From contig CAYWLS010000005.1 in NCBI GenBank assembly GCA_964458605.1, positions 81,244 to 145,243 on the forward strand: a stretch of DNA of 64,000 nucleotides, written 5' to 3'. The stretch comes from an uncultured Hyphomicrobiales bacterium. Its GTDB lineage: Bacteria; Pseudomonadota; Alphaproteobacteria; Reyranellales; JAQSWP01. The position numbers and the translations under genes are program-made. A model generated the notes under the pieces. It did not search any database and was not told the origin of the DNA. It saw only the letters and a list, made by a program, of their open reading frames with translations. Below, one piece after another: positions 45,963 to 54,191 of this stretch; position 1 is the first letter of the stretch; each line of letters opens with the position of its first letter.

Positions 45963-47477
45963 ATGACGATCAAGCGCGCCACTTTGGGCCAGTTGCAGGA
46001 CATCGCCCGCGATCTGGGCATCACCATGACCGACGAGCGCGCCGCCGAATTCCTCGGCCTGATGCAGGGCAATTTCGACGCCTACGAGATCCTCGAGCAG
46101 ATGCCGGACTACAAGCCGGTGGTGAAGTATCCGCGCACGCCCGGCTATCGGCCCGAGGGCGCGGAGAACAAATACAACGCCTGGTACGTCAAGAGCACGG
46201 TCAAGGGCGCCGATTCGGGCAAGCTCAAAGGCAAGACCGTGGTGCTGAAGGACAATGTCTGCCTGGCCGGCGTGCCGATGATGAACGGCGCCTCGACCCT
46301 GGAAGGCTACACGCCCGACATCGACGCCACCATCGTCACGCGCATCCTCGACGCCGGCGGCACCATCGTCGGCAAGGCGCATTGCGAATTCTTCTGCCTG
46401 TCCGGCGGCAGCCACACCAACGCCATTGCCCCGGTGCACAACCCGTGGAAGATGGGCCACTCCGCCGGCGGCTCCTCCTCGGGCTCGGGCGCGCTGGTGG
46501 CGGCGGGCGAGGTCGATATGGCGATCGGCGGCGACCAGGGCGGCTCGATCCGCATGCCCTCCTCGTTCTGCGGCATCTACGGCATGAAGCCGACCCACGG
46601 CCTGGTGCCCTATACCGGGGTGATGCCGATCGAAGCCACGATCGATCACACCGGACCGATGACCAAGGACGTGGCCGACAACGCGCTGATGCTGGAGGTG
46701 CTGGCCGGCGAGGACGGACTCGACCCGCGCCAATACGCGCCCAAGGTGCACGACTACACCAAGGCGCTGGGCAAGGACGTCAAGGGCCTGAAGATCGCCG
46801 TGGTCAAGCAGGGCTTCGGCCACGCCAATTCGGAGAAGGATGTCGACGACTGCGTGCGCGCCGGCGCCGCGCACTTCAAGACGCTGGGCGCCACGGTCGA
46901 GGAGATCGACCTGCCGATGCATGCGCTGGGCCCGGTGATCTGGACGCCGGTGGCGCTGGAAGGCCTGCAGGCGCAGATGATGTGGGGCAATGGCATGGGC
47001 TACAACTGGAAGGGGCTCTACACCACCAGCCTGCTCGACGCCCACGCCAACTGGCGCGCCAGGGCCGACGAGCTGTCGGACAGCCTGAAGATCTCGATGT
47101 TCGTCGGCGAATATTTCATCAAGCACTATCGCGGCCACTACTACGCCAAGGCGCAGAACCTGGCGCGCAAGCTGAAGGCGGCCTACGACGCGGTGCTGGG
47201 CCAGTACGACCTGCTGCTGATGCCGACCCTGCCGGTCAAGTCGACGCCGATCCCGCCGGCCGACGCGCCGCTGGCGCTCTACCTGCAGCGCGCCTTCGAG
47301 ATGATCGGCAACACCGCGCCGTTCGACGTCACCGGCCACCCGTCGATGACCATTCCCTGCGGCCTGCGCGAGGGCCTGCCGGTCGGGCTGATGCTGACGG
47401 GCAGGAGCTACGACGAGCCGACCATCTATCGCGCCGCCCATGCCTTCGAGCAGAGCGGCGACTGGAAGAAGATGTAA
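45963..47477 (+). CDS. amidase-signature (AS) family amidase (paralogue of 44274..45806)
   Basis: ATG 45963 with GGAGGGA RBS, in frame within artefact ORF 44214..47477. GGSSSGSGA signature. Confidence 0.92.
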   Translation: MTIKRATLGQLQDIARDLGITMTDERAAEFLGLMQGNFDAYEILEQMPDYKPVVKYPRTPGYRPEGAENKYNAWYVKSTVKGADSGKLKGKTVVLKDNVCLAGVPMMNGASTLEGYTPDIDATIVTRILDAGGTIVGKAHCEFFCLSGGSHTNAIAPVHNPWKMGHSAGGSSSGSGALVAAGEVDMAIGGDQGGSIRMPSSFCGIYGMKPTHGLVPYTGVMPIEATIDHTGPMTKDVADNALMLEVLAGEDGLDPRQYAPKVHDYTKALGKDVKGLKIAVVKQGFGHANSEKDVDDCVRAGAAHFKTLGATVEEIDLPMHALGPVIWTPVALEGLQAQMMWGNGMGYNWKGLYTTSLLDAHANWRARADELSDSLKISMFVGEYFIKHYRGHYYAKAQNLARKLKAAYDAVLGQYDLLLMPTLPVKSTPIPPADAPLALYLQRAFEMIGNTAPFDVTGHPSMTIPCGLREGLPVGLMLTGRSYDEPTIYRAAHAFEQSGDWKKM

Positions 47478-47501
47478 AGCGTCCGCGACCGACGAATACC
47501 G

Positions 47502-47530
47502 ACCGGCCTCGCCCAGACGGCGGGGCCGGT
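47502..47530. terminator. hairpin between convergent genes
   Basis: ACCGGCCTCGCC-cagac-GGCGGGGCCGGT forms a 12-bp stem with one G-U pair. It lies between the amidase stop (47477) and the stop of the ORF at 47548. Confidence 0.45.
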
Positions 47531-47547
47531 GCCAACTCAAATGTTAG

Positions 47548-47847
47548 TCAAAGCCGCTGCGATAGGCGGGCTTTGGCGTGGCGGTCTCTCCAGACGCGCT
47601 CGAACGCCTCGCGGCTGATTTCGACGGGCTCAAATACCGGATTGCTGGCGATCTCGGCAAGGGGCGGCACCGGATAGACGCCTAGACCGGTATCGCCGAC
47701 TTCTCCGGTCGCATCGGCATAGCCGCAGCTTCCATCGGCATGAAGCTCGACCTTGCGAACCTCATAGCGCTCCTCGTCCAGCTCGCTATAGAGCCAGACC
47801 GGCAGATCGGCGTCGGAATGGATCCATTTGACCTTGATATCGCGCAT
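47548..47847 (-). CDS. hypothetical 99-aa protein
   Basis: Clean ORF in lower-G+C DNA with an AT-rich divergent promoter shared with kptA. Function not recognised. Confidence 0.6.
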   Translation of the reverse strand: MRDIKVKWIHSDADLPVWLYSELDEERYEVRKVELHADGSCGYADATGEVGDTGLGVYPVPPLAEIASNPVFEPVEISREAFERVWRDRHAKARLSQRL

Positions 47848-47894
47848 AATGATCTATCAATATATTTACATTCCGCTTCGACGCCACTGCATGC

Positions 47895-48444
47895 ATGGCC
47901 AAGACTGACGAATCGCTGAGCAAATATCTCAGCTACATCCTGCGCCACCGGCCCGACGAGATCGGGCTGCAGCTCGATGGGCAGGGTTGGGCCGCGGTGG
48001 CGGAACTGCTGGCCAAGAGCGCGGCGCACGGCCGCCCTATCGACTTCGGCGCTTTGGTGAATGTCGTCGAGAACGGAGCCAAGAGCCTCGTCCTTGTCCG
48101 AAAACCGGACTCGGATCCGCGCATTGCAAGGGCATTCCGTCCCGATCGAGCTTGGCTTGCAGCCGGTGCAGCCGCCCGCGCTTCTGTACCACGGCACCGC
48201 CTTGAAGTTTCTCGATTCGATCCTGCGGACAGGGCTGGCGAAACAGGCGCGCCATCACGTCCATTTGTCGAGCACGCCGGACAGCGCCTGGATCGTCGGG
48301 CGCCGACGCGGCAAGGCCGCGATACTCCAAATACAGGCGGAACGGATGCACCGCGACGGTTTTGCGTTCATGCGAGCCGAGAACGACGTCTGGCTGACCG
48401 ATGCCGTGCCGACGAAGTATTTCAAACTGCTAGCTCAAGATTGA
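47895..48444 (+). pseudogene. kptA: RNA 2'-phosphotransferase KptA/Tpt1, interrupted by a single frameshift
   Basis: The N-terminal part is in the 47895 frame (LSKYLSYILRHRPDEIGLQLDGQGWAAV..VVENGAK). The remainder is in the 48061 frame (SENRTRIRALQGHSV..LLYHGT..HHVHLS..NDVWLT). The junction lies near 48075..48095. Confidence 0.8.
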
Positions 48445-48553
48445 GCCGCGGCGGCGATAGTGGACTCTGGCGATAGTGGACTCTAGAGCCCGACGCTCGC
48501 TTCAGGAACCGACTTTGTCACCCCCCGCATCAGCGTTTTGACCTCCGCCCGCT

Positions 48554-48904
48554 TCATGATAAGCCGAACTGGGCCTTGAATTCGCTCTCGCTGATGACGC
48601 TGACGGGTAGAAACAGCGACTTGTCGTCGGGATCGCGCAAGCCATCGATGTTCAACATGTGCGGCGTCGGCGGATAGGTGCACACGACCTGGGCCACGAA
48701 CGCTTTGCCCGCCAGATCGGGATTGTCCTTGGCCGCGCGGCCGGCTTCGGCGAAGTGCATGCACAGCCCCGGCTTCTTGTGTAGCAGTTCCTCACGCTCA
48801 CGCGGATCGCCGATCGGCTCGTTGTCGAAGATCACCAGCGCCAGGCGGTGGTCGTCGTTGGGCAGCCGCACCACCATGTCGATCGCATCGCTTCTCAGGC
48901 TCAT
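48554..48904 (-). CDS. immunity-like small protein (paralogue of 60865..61257)
   Basis: 116 aa. Shares the identical 13-mer QVVCTYPPTPHML and a C-terminal E.F.AQFG motif with 60865..61257. Downstream of the toxin-like gene. Confidence 0.7.
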   Translation of the reverse strand: MSLRSDAIDMVVRLPNDDHRLALVIFDNEPIGDPREREELLHKKPGLCMHFAEAGRAAKDNPDLAGKAFVAQVVCTYPPTPHMLNIDGLRDPDDKSLFLPVSVISESEFKAQFGLS

Positions 48905-48952
48905 GGTTTCACCGAAAGATAAGAGTTCGGATGGATTGGCATCGGTCAGGCA

Positions 48953-49714
48953 TCAATACCGATCGCGCAGCGACGGCAGATCGCGCGGCACGAAGCCATG
49001 ACGCTCTCGGAATTCGGCCTCGGTCACGAACTCGACCGGCAACACGATATCAGGGTATGTCGGATCGCTTACCGATGTGATCGCGCGCATTGCCGGGGTC
49101 GGCATCGCGGCATAGACAACTTCGATCAACGGCCTATCGCTAGAGAACACATAATTATATTCCTCGAAGTCCCCCGAGGCGACACGAGCGGCGCAGCGCA
49201 GCAGCTTTTCATGCAGCGTTGCCTCTCGCTGTGCGGCGCTGGCCACTCGGCCGTCATCCAGCACTACAATAGTGCCGCCGAGTTGCTGGCCCTTGACGTG
49301 CACAAGGAGATCTCCGGGAGATCGCCCGATCCACGTCAGCCATTCGACGCCCAGCTTGATCCGTTGCTGAACCTCATTTAGGGACAAAATTGTATACGAC
49401 TCGTTACCGGCCCAGACATCATCCCATGCTGGTAAGTGGAGCAGAAGAGGATCAGGACTTCTTCCTCTATAGGCCAATTGCGTGATGAACGGCCGAGGCG
49501 TCCCTGTCGCCGTTGCTAGATTTGCACGATCTTCGGGCAAGTCCCACTCAGATTCGGGCTCGCCGTCAAAATAGAGTTCCAGCCACGCCAAGTCATCAAC
49601 ATTACAATGCAAGACATTATTCCATGCATAGGTTTCTCCAAAATTCCGAAAGCACGCCGTAAGGACGCCGATATCCAGCGGCTTTTTGGAGAAGAAGAAA
49701 AAAGAGTTCGCCAC
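48953..49714 (-). CDS. immunity-like protein, fusion of two domains found as separate genes at 61257..61655 and 60865..61257
   Basis: 253 aa. The N-half aligns to the 132-aa ORF (NESYTILSLNEVQQRIKLGVEW vs NEYGVIFTVREIQRRLKSGEEW). The C-half aligns to the 130-aa ORF (EAEFRERHGF vs LEGFYAQFGM). It begins 15 nt after the toxin stop. Confidence 0.7.
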   Translation of the reverse strand: MANSFFFFSKKPLDIGVLTACFRNFGETYAWNNVLHCNVDDLAWLELYFDGEPESEWDLPEDRANLATATGTPRPFITQLAYRGRSPDPLLLHLPAWDDVWAGNESYTILSLNEVQQRIKLGVEWLTWIGRSPGDLLVHVKGQQLGGTIVVLDDGRVASAAQREATLHEKLLRCAARVASGDFEEYNYVFSSDRPLIEVVYAAMPTPAMRAITSVSDPTYPDIVLPVEFVTEAEFRERHGFVPRDLPSLRDRY

Positions 49715-49729
49715 GTTGAATCCTCAATC

Positions 49730-52384
49730 TCACTTAAATTTATCCAATAAATCCTGACGATTTTTGATAGGTGTATGGCCTTTACCAGCGATAGATTTCT
49801 CCGCGTGCCCCATATTGCGACTATACCCAATCCCGGGCAATCCAGACACACTCACCGCGCGATCAAGTTGCTCCGCAAGTCCACTGGCGCTGCTGCTTTC
49901 TTCAATGACATATTTCCTCGTGACGATATCAACTTCTTTTCTTAAAAGCGGGTTGTTCAAATCGATGATGAAGCAATGCACGCAGACCACTTCGTTTGGG
50001 TGGTTTTTCTCAATCTCATTGGCGAGCCCGGCTACTCGGCGCTGTGACCTGTTTTGGCCTGCATCAATCGCCGTTGCTTGAAATGATCTCGTGCCATCTG
50101 CACTACGCACTTCGCTGCCCTTATCCGCCCGCCAAAGAAACTGGCCAGGTGATTTTGTCGAAGTCGAAGGCATCGGCAACAGAATCGTATCGGGCTTGTA
50201 AGCTGCGGCAAATTTCGCCACATCCGCTTCGGTCTTGATCAAGCCTGCCGACTGAAATGCCTTCATCTGGTCGGCGAAATCGACATGGTAAGCCGGATCG
50301 ATGGCGCGCTTCCATGCCGCCGCCGGACTACCCCATCCGGGCAGCGGCGGCGTTGGGCTTGGCAATGGTCTGCGCGGCGCACCCGGCGGCAGGTCAGTTG
50401 ACGGCTTCGCCCCCGCCGTCACACCCGGCTGCCCGACACTCCCCGGAGATTGACCACCCGGGCTCGGCTGCCCGGACGACGACGATGCAGCACTCGCTGT
50501 ACCTGGCTTTCTCGGCGGCACCGCAGCGGACCCGCCACCGCCGCTGTCGCCGCCGGCCGGGGCGCGGGCGATGCGGCTGCCGAAGCCGCCCATCATTCCC
50601 AGGCCGAAGCCGGTGAAGCCAGCCATCAGCGAATCGATGCCGATCTGAGACCAGGGCACTTCCTCGCCCCATCGCTCCCGCCATGGCTTGGTCAGCGATT
50701 CGCTGGCGGCGGTCTTTGCGCTGACCGCCGCGCCGGTCTTCAGGGCGTCGAGGGCGATTCTTCCGCCCTGCGTCTTGACGACGTTGGCGAGTTCGCCGCT
50801 GCCGATCGCCCGCAGCACGCTGGGAATGCCGATCCGGGCGATGTTGAAGATCTGCTTGCCGGCCATCCCCAGCGGAACGATGTTGGTCGGGTCGCTGACG
50901 AAGCCCAGCGTCTTGCCCGCCGCGCGAATGAACGGATCGTCCGGCGCATGGCCGATCTGATAGATCCGGTCTTGCATGGCGTCGAACAGGTCGGCCTTGG
51001 CTCGCGCTCGCTCCCGCGTCATGAACGGCTCGAACGGCATGGCGCGCTTCAGCTCGGGATCGTTGTTCCACTCCTCTTCGGTCAGGAACTCCACGCCCAT
51101 GCCGCGCAGCGCCTGTTCGATTTCCGCCTGCTTGGCCTTTCGCTGGTCTTCCGGCAGCGCCGCCAGGTACGACGCGAAGCCCTGCCGCACGTCGATCGGC
51201 CAGGGGAAACTGGCGATCTGGTCGGGCTTGCGCTCCCCGTTGAGGACGAGGCCGTAGAGGCGCTTCGTCTTCTCCGCGTCGAGCTGCTGGATTGCCGAAG
51301 GCGGCAAGGCGATCTCGTCGAGACCGCGGCCAACCCATTGGTGGAAGCCTTGCCCTATCTCGGCGCCGAAATAGCGAAAAGTCGGCGCCACATAAGGCTT
51401 GCTGTTCACAACGGCTTCGATATCGCTTGCCGACACCGTCGAGGCTGGCGCCGGCGGCGCAGCGGGTGACGGCGGCGACGCAGCCGTCGAGCCGCTGGCC
51501 GGGATGGTCGATGGATGGTCGCCATCGCCGCTGGCGATCGGACCGATGTCGCCGCCCGGAGGCGTGCCAGCGGCGCCGCCACCGGCGATGTCGTCGCCGC
51601 TGTCCTTGGCAGCGATATAGTTGGCGCCGGCATCGGTGACGGCGGCGAGCCTGGCATAGGTCGCCGGATCGACCTGGCCGGCGGCCTGGGCCAGCACGAT
51701 CCGCGCGCCGGGCACATTGCCGCTGTCGAACTGGCTGGCGATCGCCGCGCCGAACAGATGGCCGTTCCATTCGCTGGCGCGGCGATTGGTTTCCTGCGCG
51801 CTCCAGCCGTTGCGCTGGCCGATCTTGCGCCATTCGCCATCGCCGCGCGCCACCGCCAGATCGAGCCGGAACGGATCGTGGCTCCAGTAATGCGCATCGT
51901 GCAGATCGGCCGCCAGTGTGCCGAGCGATCCCAGGTCGAGCATCTGGCGATGCTGGCCAATGCGATAGCTTTGGCCGTCCTGCAGGTGCTCCTCATGCGC
52001 CTGGTCCAGGCGCGGCTGCAGCAGCGGCAGCACTGCCGGCGAAACGCTGGCGATGGCCTGGTCGCGATGGCTTTCCAAGGTGTTTCGATAGGTGTCGTAG
52101 GCGTCGGCCGCGCCGTTCTGGCCGCTCTGGCTGCCGTAATCGCCCAGCGCCGTCAGCGCGGCGCGGCGATAGACGTTCAGCGCGTCGTTGGCGGCGCTGT
52201 CATTGGCCCTAAGACGTCGGTCGAGCGAATAGGTGCGGTACGGGTCCGGCCCGGCCGGAGCGGTGCCGGACGAGACCGGATCGAACGGGATGATGTCGGT
52301 GCCGGGATCGAGGGCGGTGTCGGGATCGGGAGGGGCGAAGATAAGGGCCATGCGCGTCGCGAGCGTTGGATGGGGTCCGCCCAT
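49730..52384 (-). CDS. large modular polymorphic-toxin-like protein (toxin A), 884 aa
   Basis: Modules: an N-terminal region, a core shared with 61663..63282 (MPFEPFMT.., DPTN.., Gly-rich hydrophobic stretch), Pro/Ser/Gly linkers, and a low-G+C C-terminal domain homologous to the C-terminus of 61663..63282. An alternative start lies at 52351. Confidence 0.75.
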   Translation of the reverse strand: MGGPHPTLATRMALIFAPPDPDTALDPGTDIIPFDPVSSGTAPAGPDPYRTYSLDRRLRANDSAANDALNVYRRAALTALGDYGSQSGQNGAADAYDTYRNTLESHRDQAIASVSPAVLPLLQPRLDQAHEEHLQDGQSYRIGQHRQMLDLGSLGTLAADLHDAHYWSHDPFRLDLAVARGDGEWRKIGQRNGWSAQETNRRASEWNGHLFGAAIASQFDSGNVPGARIVLAQAAGQVDPATYARLAAVTDAGANYIAAKDSGDDIAGGGAAGTPPGGDIGPIASGDGDHPSTIPASGSTAASPPSPAAPPAPASTVSASDIEAVVNSKPYVAPTFRYFGAEIGQGFHQWVGRGLDEIALPPSAIQQLDAEKTKRLYGLVLNGERKPDQIASFPWPIDVRQGFASYLAALPEDQRKAKQAEIEQALRGMGVEFLTEEEWNNDPELKRAMPFEPFMTRERARAKADLFDAMQDRIYQIGHAPDDPFIRAAGKTLGFVSDPTNIVPLGMAGKQIFNIARIGIPSVLRAIGSGELANVVKTQGGRIALDALKTGAAVSAKTAASESLTKPWRERWGEEVPWSQIGIDSLMAGFTGFGLGMMGGFGSRIARAPAGGDSGGGGSAAVPPRKPGTASAASSSSGQPSPGGQSPGSVGQPGVTAGAKPSTDLPPGAPRRPLPSPTPPLPGWGSPAAAWKRAIDPAYHVDFADQMKAFQSAGLIKTEADVAKFAAAYKPDTILLPMPSTSTKSPGQFLWRADKGSEVRSADGTRSFQATAIDAGQNRSQRRVAGLANEIEKNHPNEVVCVHCFIIDLNNPLLRKEVDIVTRKYVIEESSSASGLAEQLDRAVSVSGLPGIGYSRNMGHAEKSIAGKGHTPIKNRQDLLDKFK

Positions 52385-52487
52385 ACAGCGCCACCGCCCG
52401 GCGTCATGCGATCTTCAATTGTTCACAGCCCCGCACCGCCGCAGACCGAAGCGACGGCGCGCGAAAAATCGATTCGCAATGCTCCGG

Positions 52488-53018
52488 TCAGCCGATCTCT
52501 TTCAGATCCCGCACATAGCGCTGCCAGCGCTGCACATAGCTCAGCGCCGAGCCCTGCAGGAAGTTGGCCATGCCGGGATCGAGGGTACGCATCACCTTGG
52601 CCGGGCTGCCGACGATCAGCGAGAAGTCGGGGAACACCTTGCCCTCGGTCACCAGCGCGTTGGCGCCGACGATGCAGTTGTTGCCGATCTTCACGTCGTT
52701 GAGGATGGTGGCGCCCATGCCGATCAGCGAATTGTCGCCCACCGTGCAGCCATGCAGGATGGCGTGATGGCCGATGGTGCAGCCCTTGCCGATGCTGAGC
52801 GGCTTGCCGGGATCGGTGTGCATCATCACGTTCTCCTGCACGTTGGATCCCTCGCCGATCGTGATCGGCTCGTTGTCGCCGCGCAGCACGGCGCCGAACC
52901 AGATCCCGACATCTTTGCCCAGGGTGACCTGGCCGATGACATGCGCACCCGGCGCGATCCAGAATTCGCCGGCGGCCGGCACGGTCGGGCGGTGTGCGCC
53001 CAGCGCATAAAGGGTCAT
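52488..53018 (-). CDS. gamma-carbonic-anhydrase-like hexapeptide-repeat protein
   Basis: ATG 53018 inside artefact ORF 52488..54128. Left-handed beta-helix hexapeptide repeats and the family-typical HVIGQVTLG..VLRGD..IGEGSNVQ. Confidence 0.88.
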   Translation of the reverse strand: MTLYALGAHRPTVPAAGEFWIAPGAHVIGQVTLGKDVGIWFGAVLRGDNEPITIGEGSNVQENVMMHTDPGKPLSIGKGCTIGHHAILHGCTVGDNSLIGMGATILNDVKIGNNCIVGANALVTEGKVFPDFSLIVGSPAKVMRTLDPGMANFLQGSALSYVQRWQRYVRDLKEIG

Positions 53019-53231
53019 GATCCTCACTCCCGGTTGATCGCGACCGCCCGTCCATGGGGCGTCGCGCAAGGCGTTGGTCGTTTTACCGTTTCGACTGCAG
53101 AAAAGCCCGCACAAAACGGCGCGAAATTCGCCATTTTGCCGTCGCCGCAACGGCGCTAGATTGCCGCCAACCAACATTACCGTTCGCGCCCGACCCTGTC
53201 GCCCGCGGCCATCGCGAAATCGGAGGAGCCC

Positions 53232-54191
53232 ATGTCCGACCTGCCCGCATCCATCGATATCGAAGAGCAAGGCCCGCGCGAGGGTTTCCAGATCGAGCCC
53301 GGCCCGATCGCCACGCCGGACAAGATCGCGCTGATCGACGCGCTGTCGGCCACCGGGCTGAAGCGCATCCAGGTCGCCTCCTTCGTCAACACCAGGCTGG
53401 TGCCCGGCTGGGCCGATGCCGAAGCGGTGGTGGCCGGCTTCGCGCCCAAGCCCGGCGTCAAATACACCGCCCTGTTCTTCAACGAGAGCGGCATGAAGCG
53501 CGCCATGGCGTTCCACAACCGCCTGACCCTGGAAGGCTATGTGGCGATGTCCGCCTCCGAGGCGTTCCTGGTCAAGAACATGCATCGCCAGCGCGAGGCC
53601 CATCTGGAGGCGCAGCGCGCCACCATTCGCAGCCACCAGGCGGCCGGCGTGCCGATCAACGCGCTGCTGATCATGGCCTCGTTCGGCTGCAATTTCTCCG
53701 GCGACGTCAGCCCGCAGCAGGTGGTCGACGCGGTGCAGGACGGCATGGACCTGGCGCGCGAGTTCGGCCTGACCTACGAGCATGTCGGCATCGCCGATTC
53801 GATGGGCTGGGCCACGCCGCAGCGTGTCGCCAGGGCGGTGGGCGCAGTGCGCGAGCGTTGGCCCGATCTGGAGGTGTCGCTGCACCTGCACGACACGCGC
53901 GGCCTGGGCATCGCCAACGCCTATGAGGGCCTGCGGCTGGGCGTCACCAAGTTCGACGCCACCGTGGGCGGGCTGGGCGGCTGCCCGTTCGCCGAGCAGC
54001 CCGGCGCCCCGGGCAATATCGCCTCGGAGGAGCTGGTGCTGCTGTGCCAGGAGATGGGCATCGACACCGGCGTCGATCTCGACGCGCTGATCGAGGCCGG
54101 CCGGCTGGCCGAGCGCGTGATCGGCCATCCTCTGCCCAGCGCCGCGCTGCGCGCCGGCAGCCTCGACAGCTTCCGCCGGAGGGTGGCGTGA
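53232..54191 (+). CDS. hydroxymethylglutaryl-CoA lyase family protein
   Basis: LHLHDTRGLGIANAYEGLRLGVTKFDATVGGLGGCPF motif. Confidence 0.9.
   Translation: MSDLPASIDIEEQGPREGFQIEPGPIATPDKIALIDALSATGLKRIQVASFVNTRLVPGWADAEAVVAGFAPKPGVKYTALFFNESGMKRAMAFHNRLTLEGYVAMSASEAFLVKNMHRQREAHLEAQRATIRSHQAAGVPINALLIMASFGCNFSGDVSPQQVVDAVQDGMDLAREFGLTYEHVGIADSMGWATPQRVARAVGAVRERWPDLEVSLHLHDTRGLGIANAYEGLRLGVTKFDATVGGLGGCPFAEQPGAPGNIASEELVLLCQEMGIDTGVDLDALIEAGRLAERVIGHPLPSAALRAGSLDSFRRRVA

Larger units (their letters stand above)
47548..52384. other. lower-G+C accessory island between the amidase and gamma-CA genes
   Basis: Visibly AT-richer stretches (especially 47.8-50.3 kb). Contents are conflict-type genes. 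The island is bounded by core metabolic genes. Confidence 0.55.

Noticed and set aside
49730-52384. Assigning the large toxin-like proteins to known delivery classes (Rhs/T6SS, CdiA/T5SS, LXG/T7SS, MuF, RTX/T1SS), or linking them to the Tad machinery.
   Set aside because: None of the diagnostic repeats or domains (YD, PAAR, VENN, FHA, LXG, nonapeptide RTX) can be read in the translations. The Tad locus is about 20 kb away, with unrelated genes in between.
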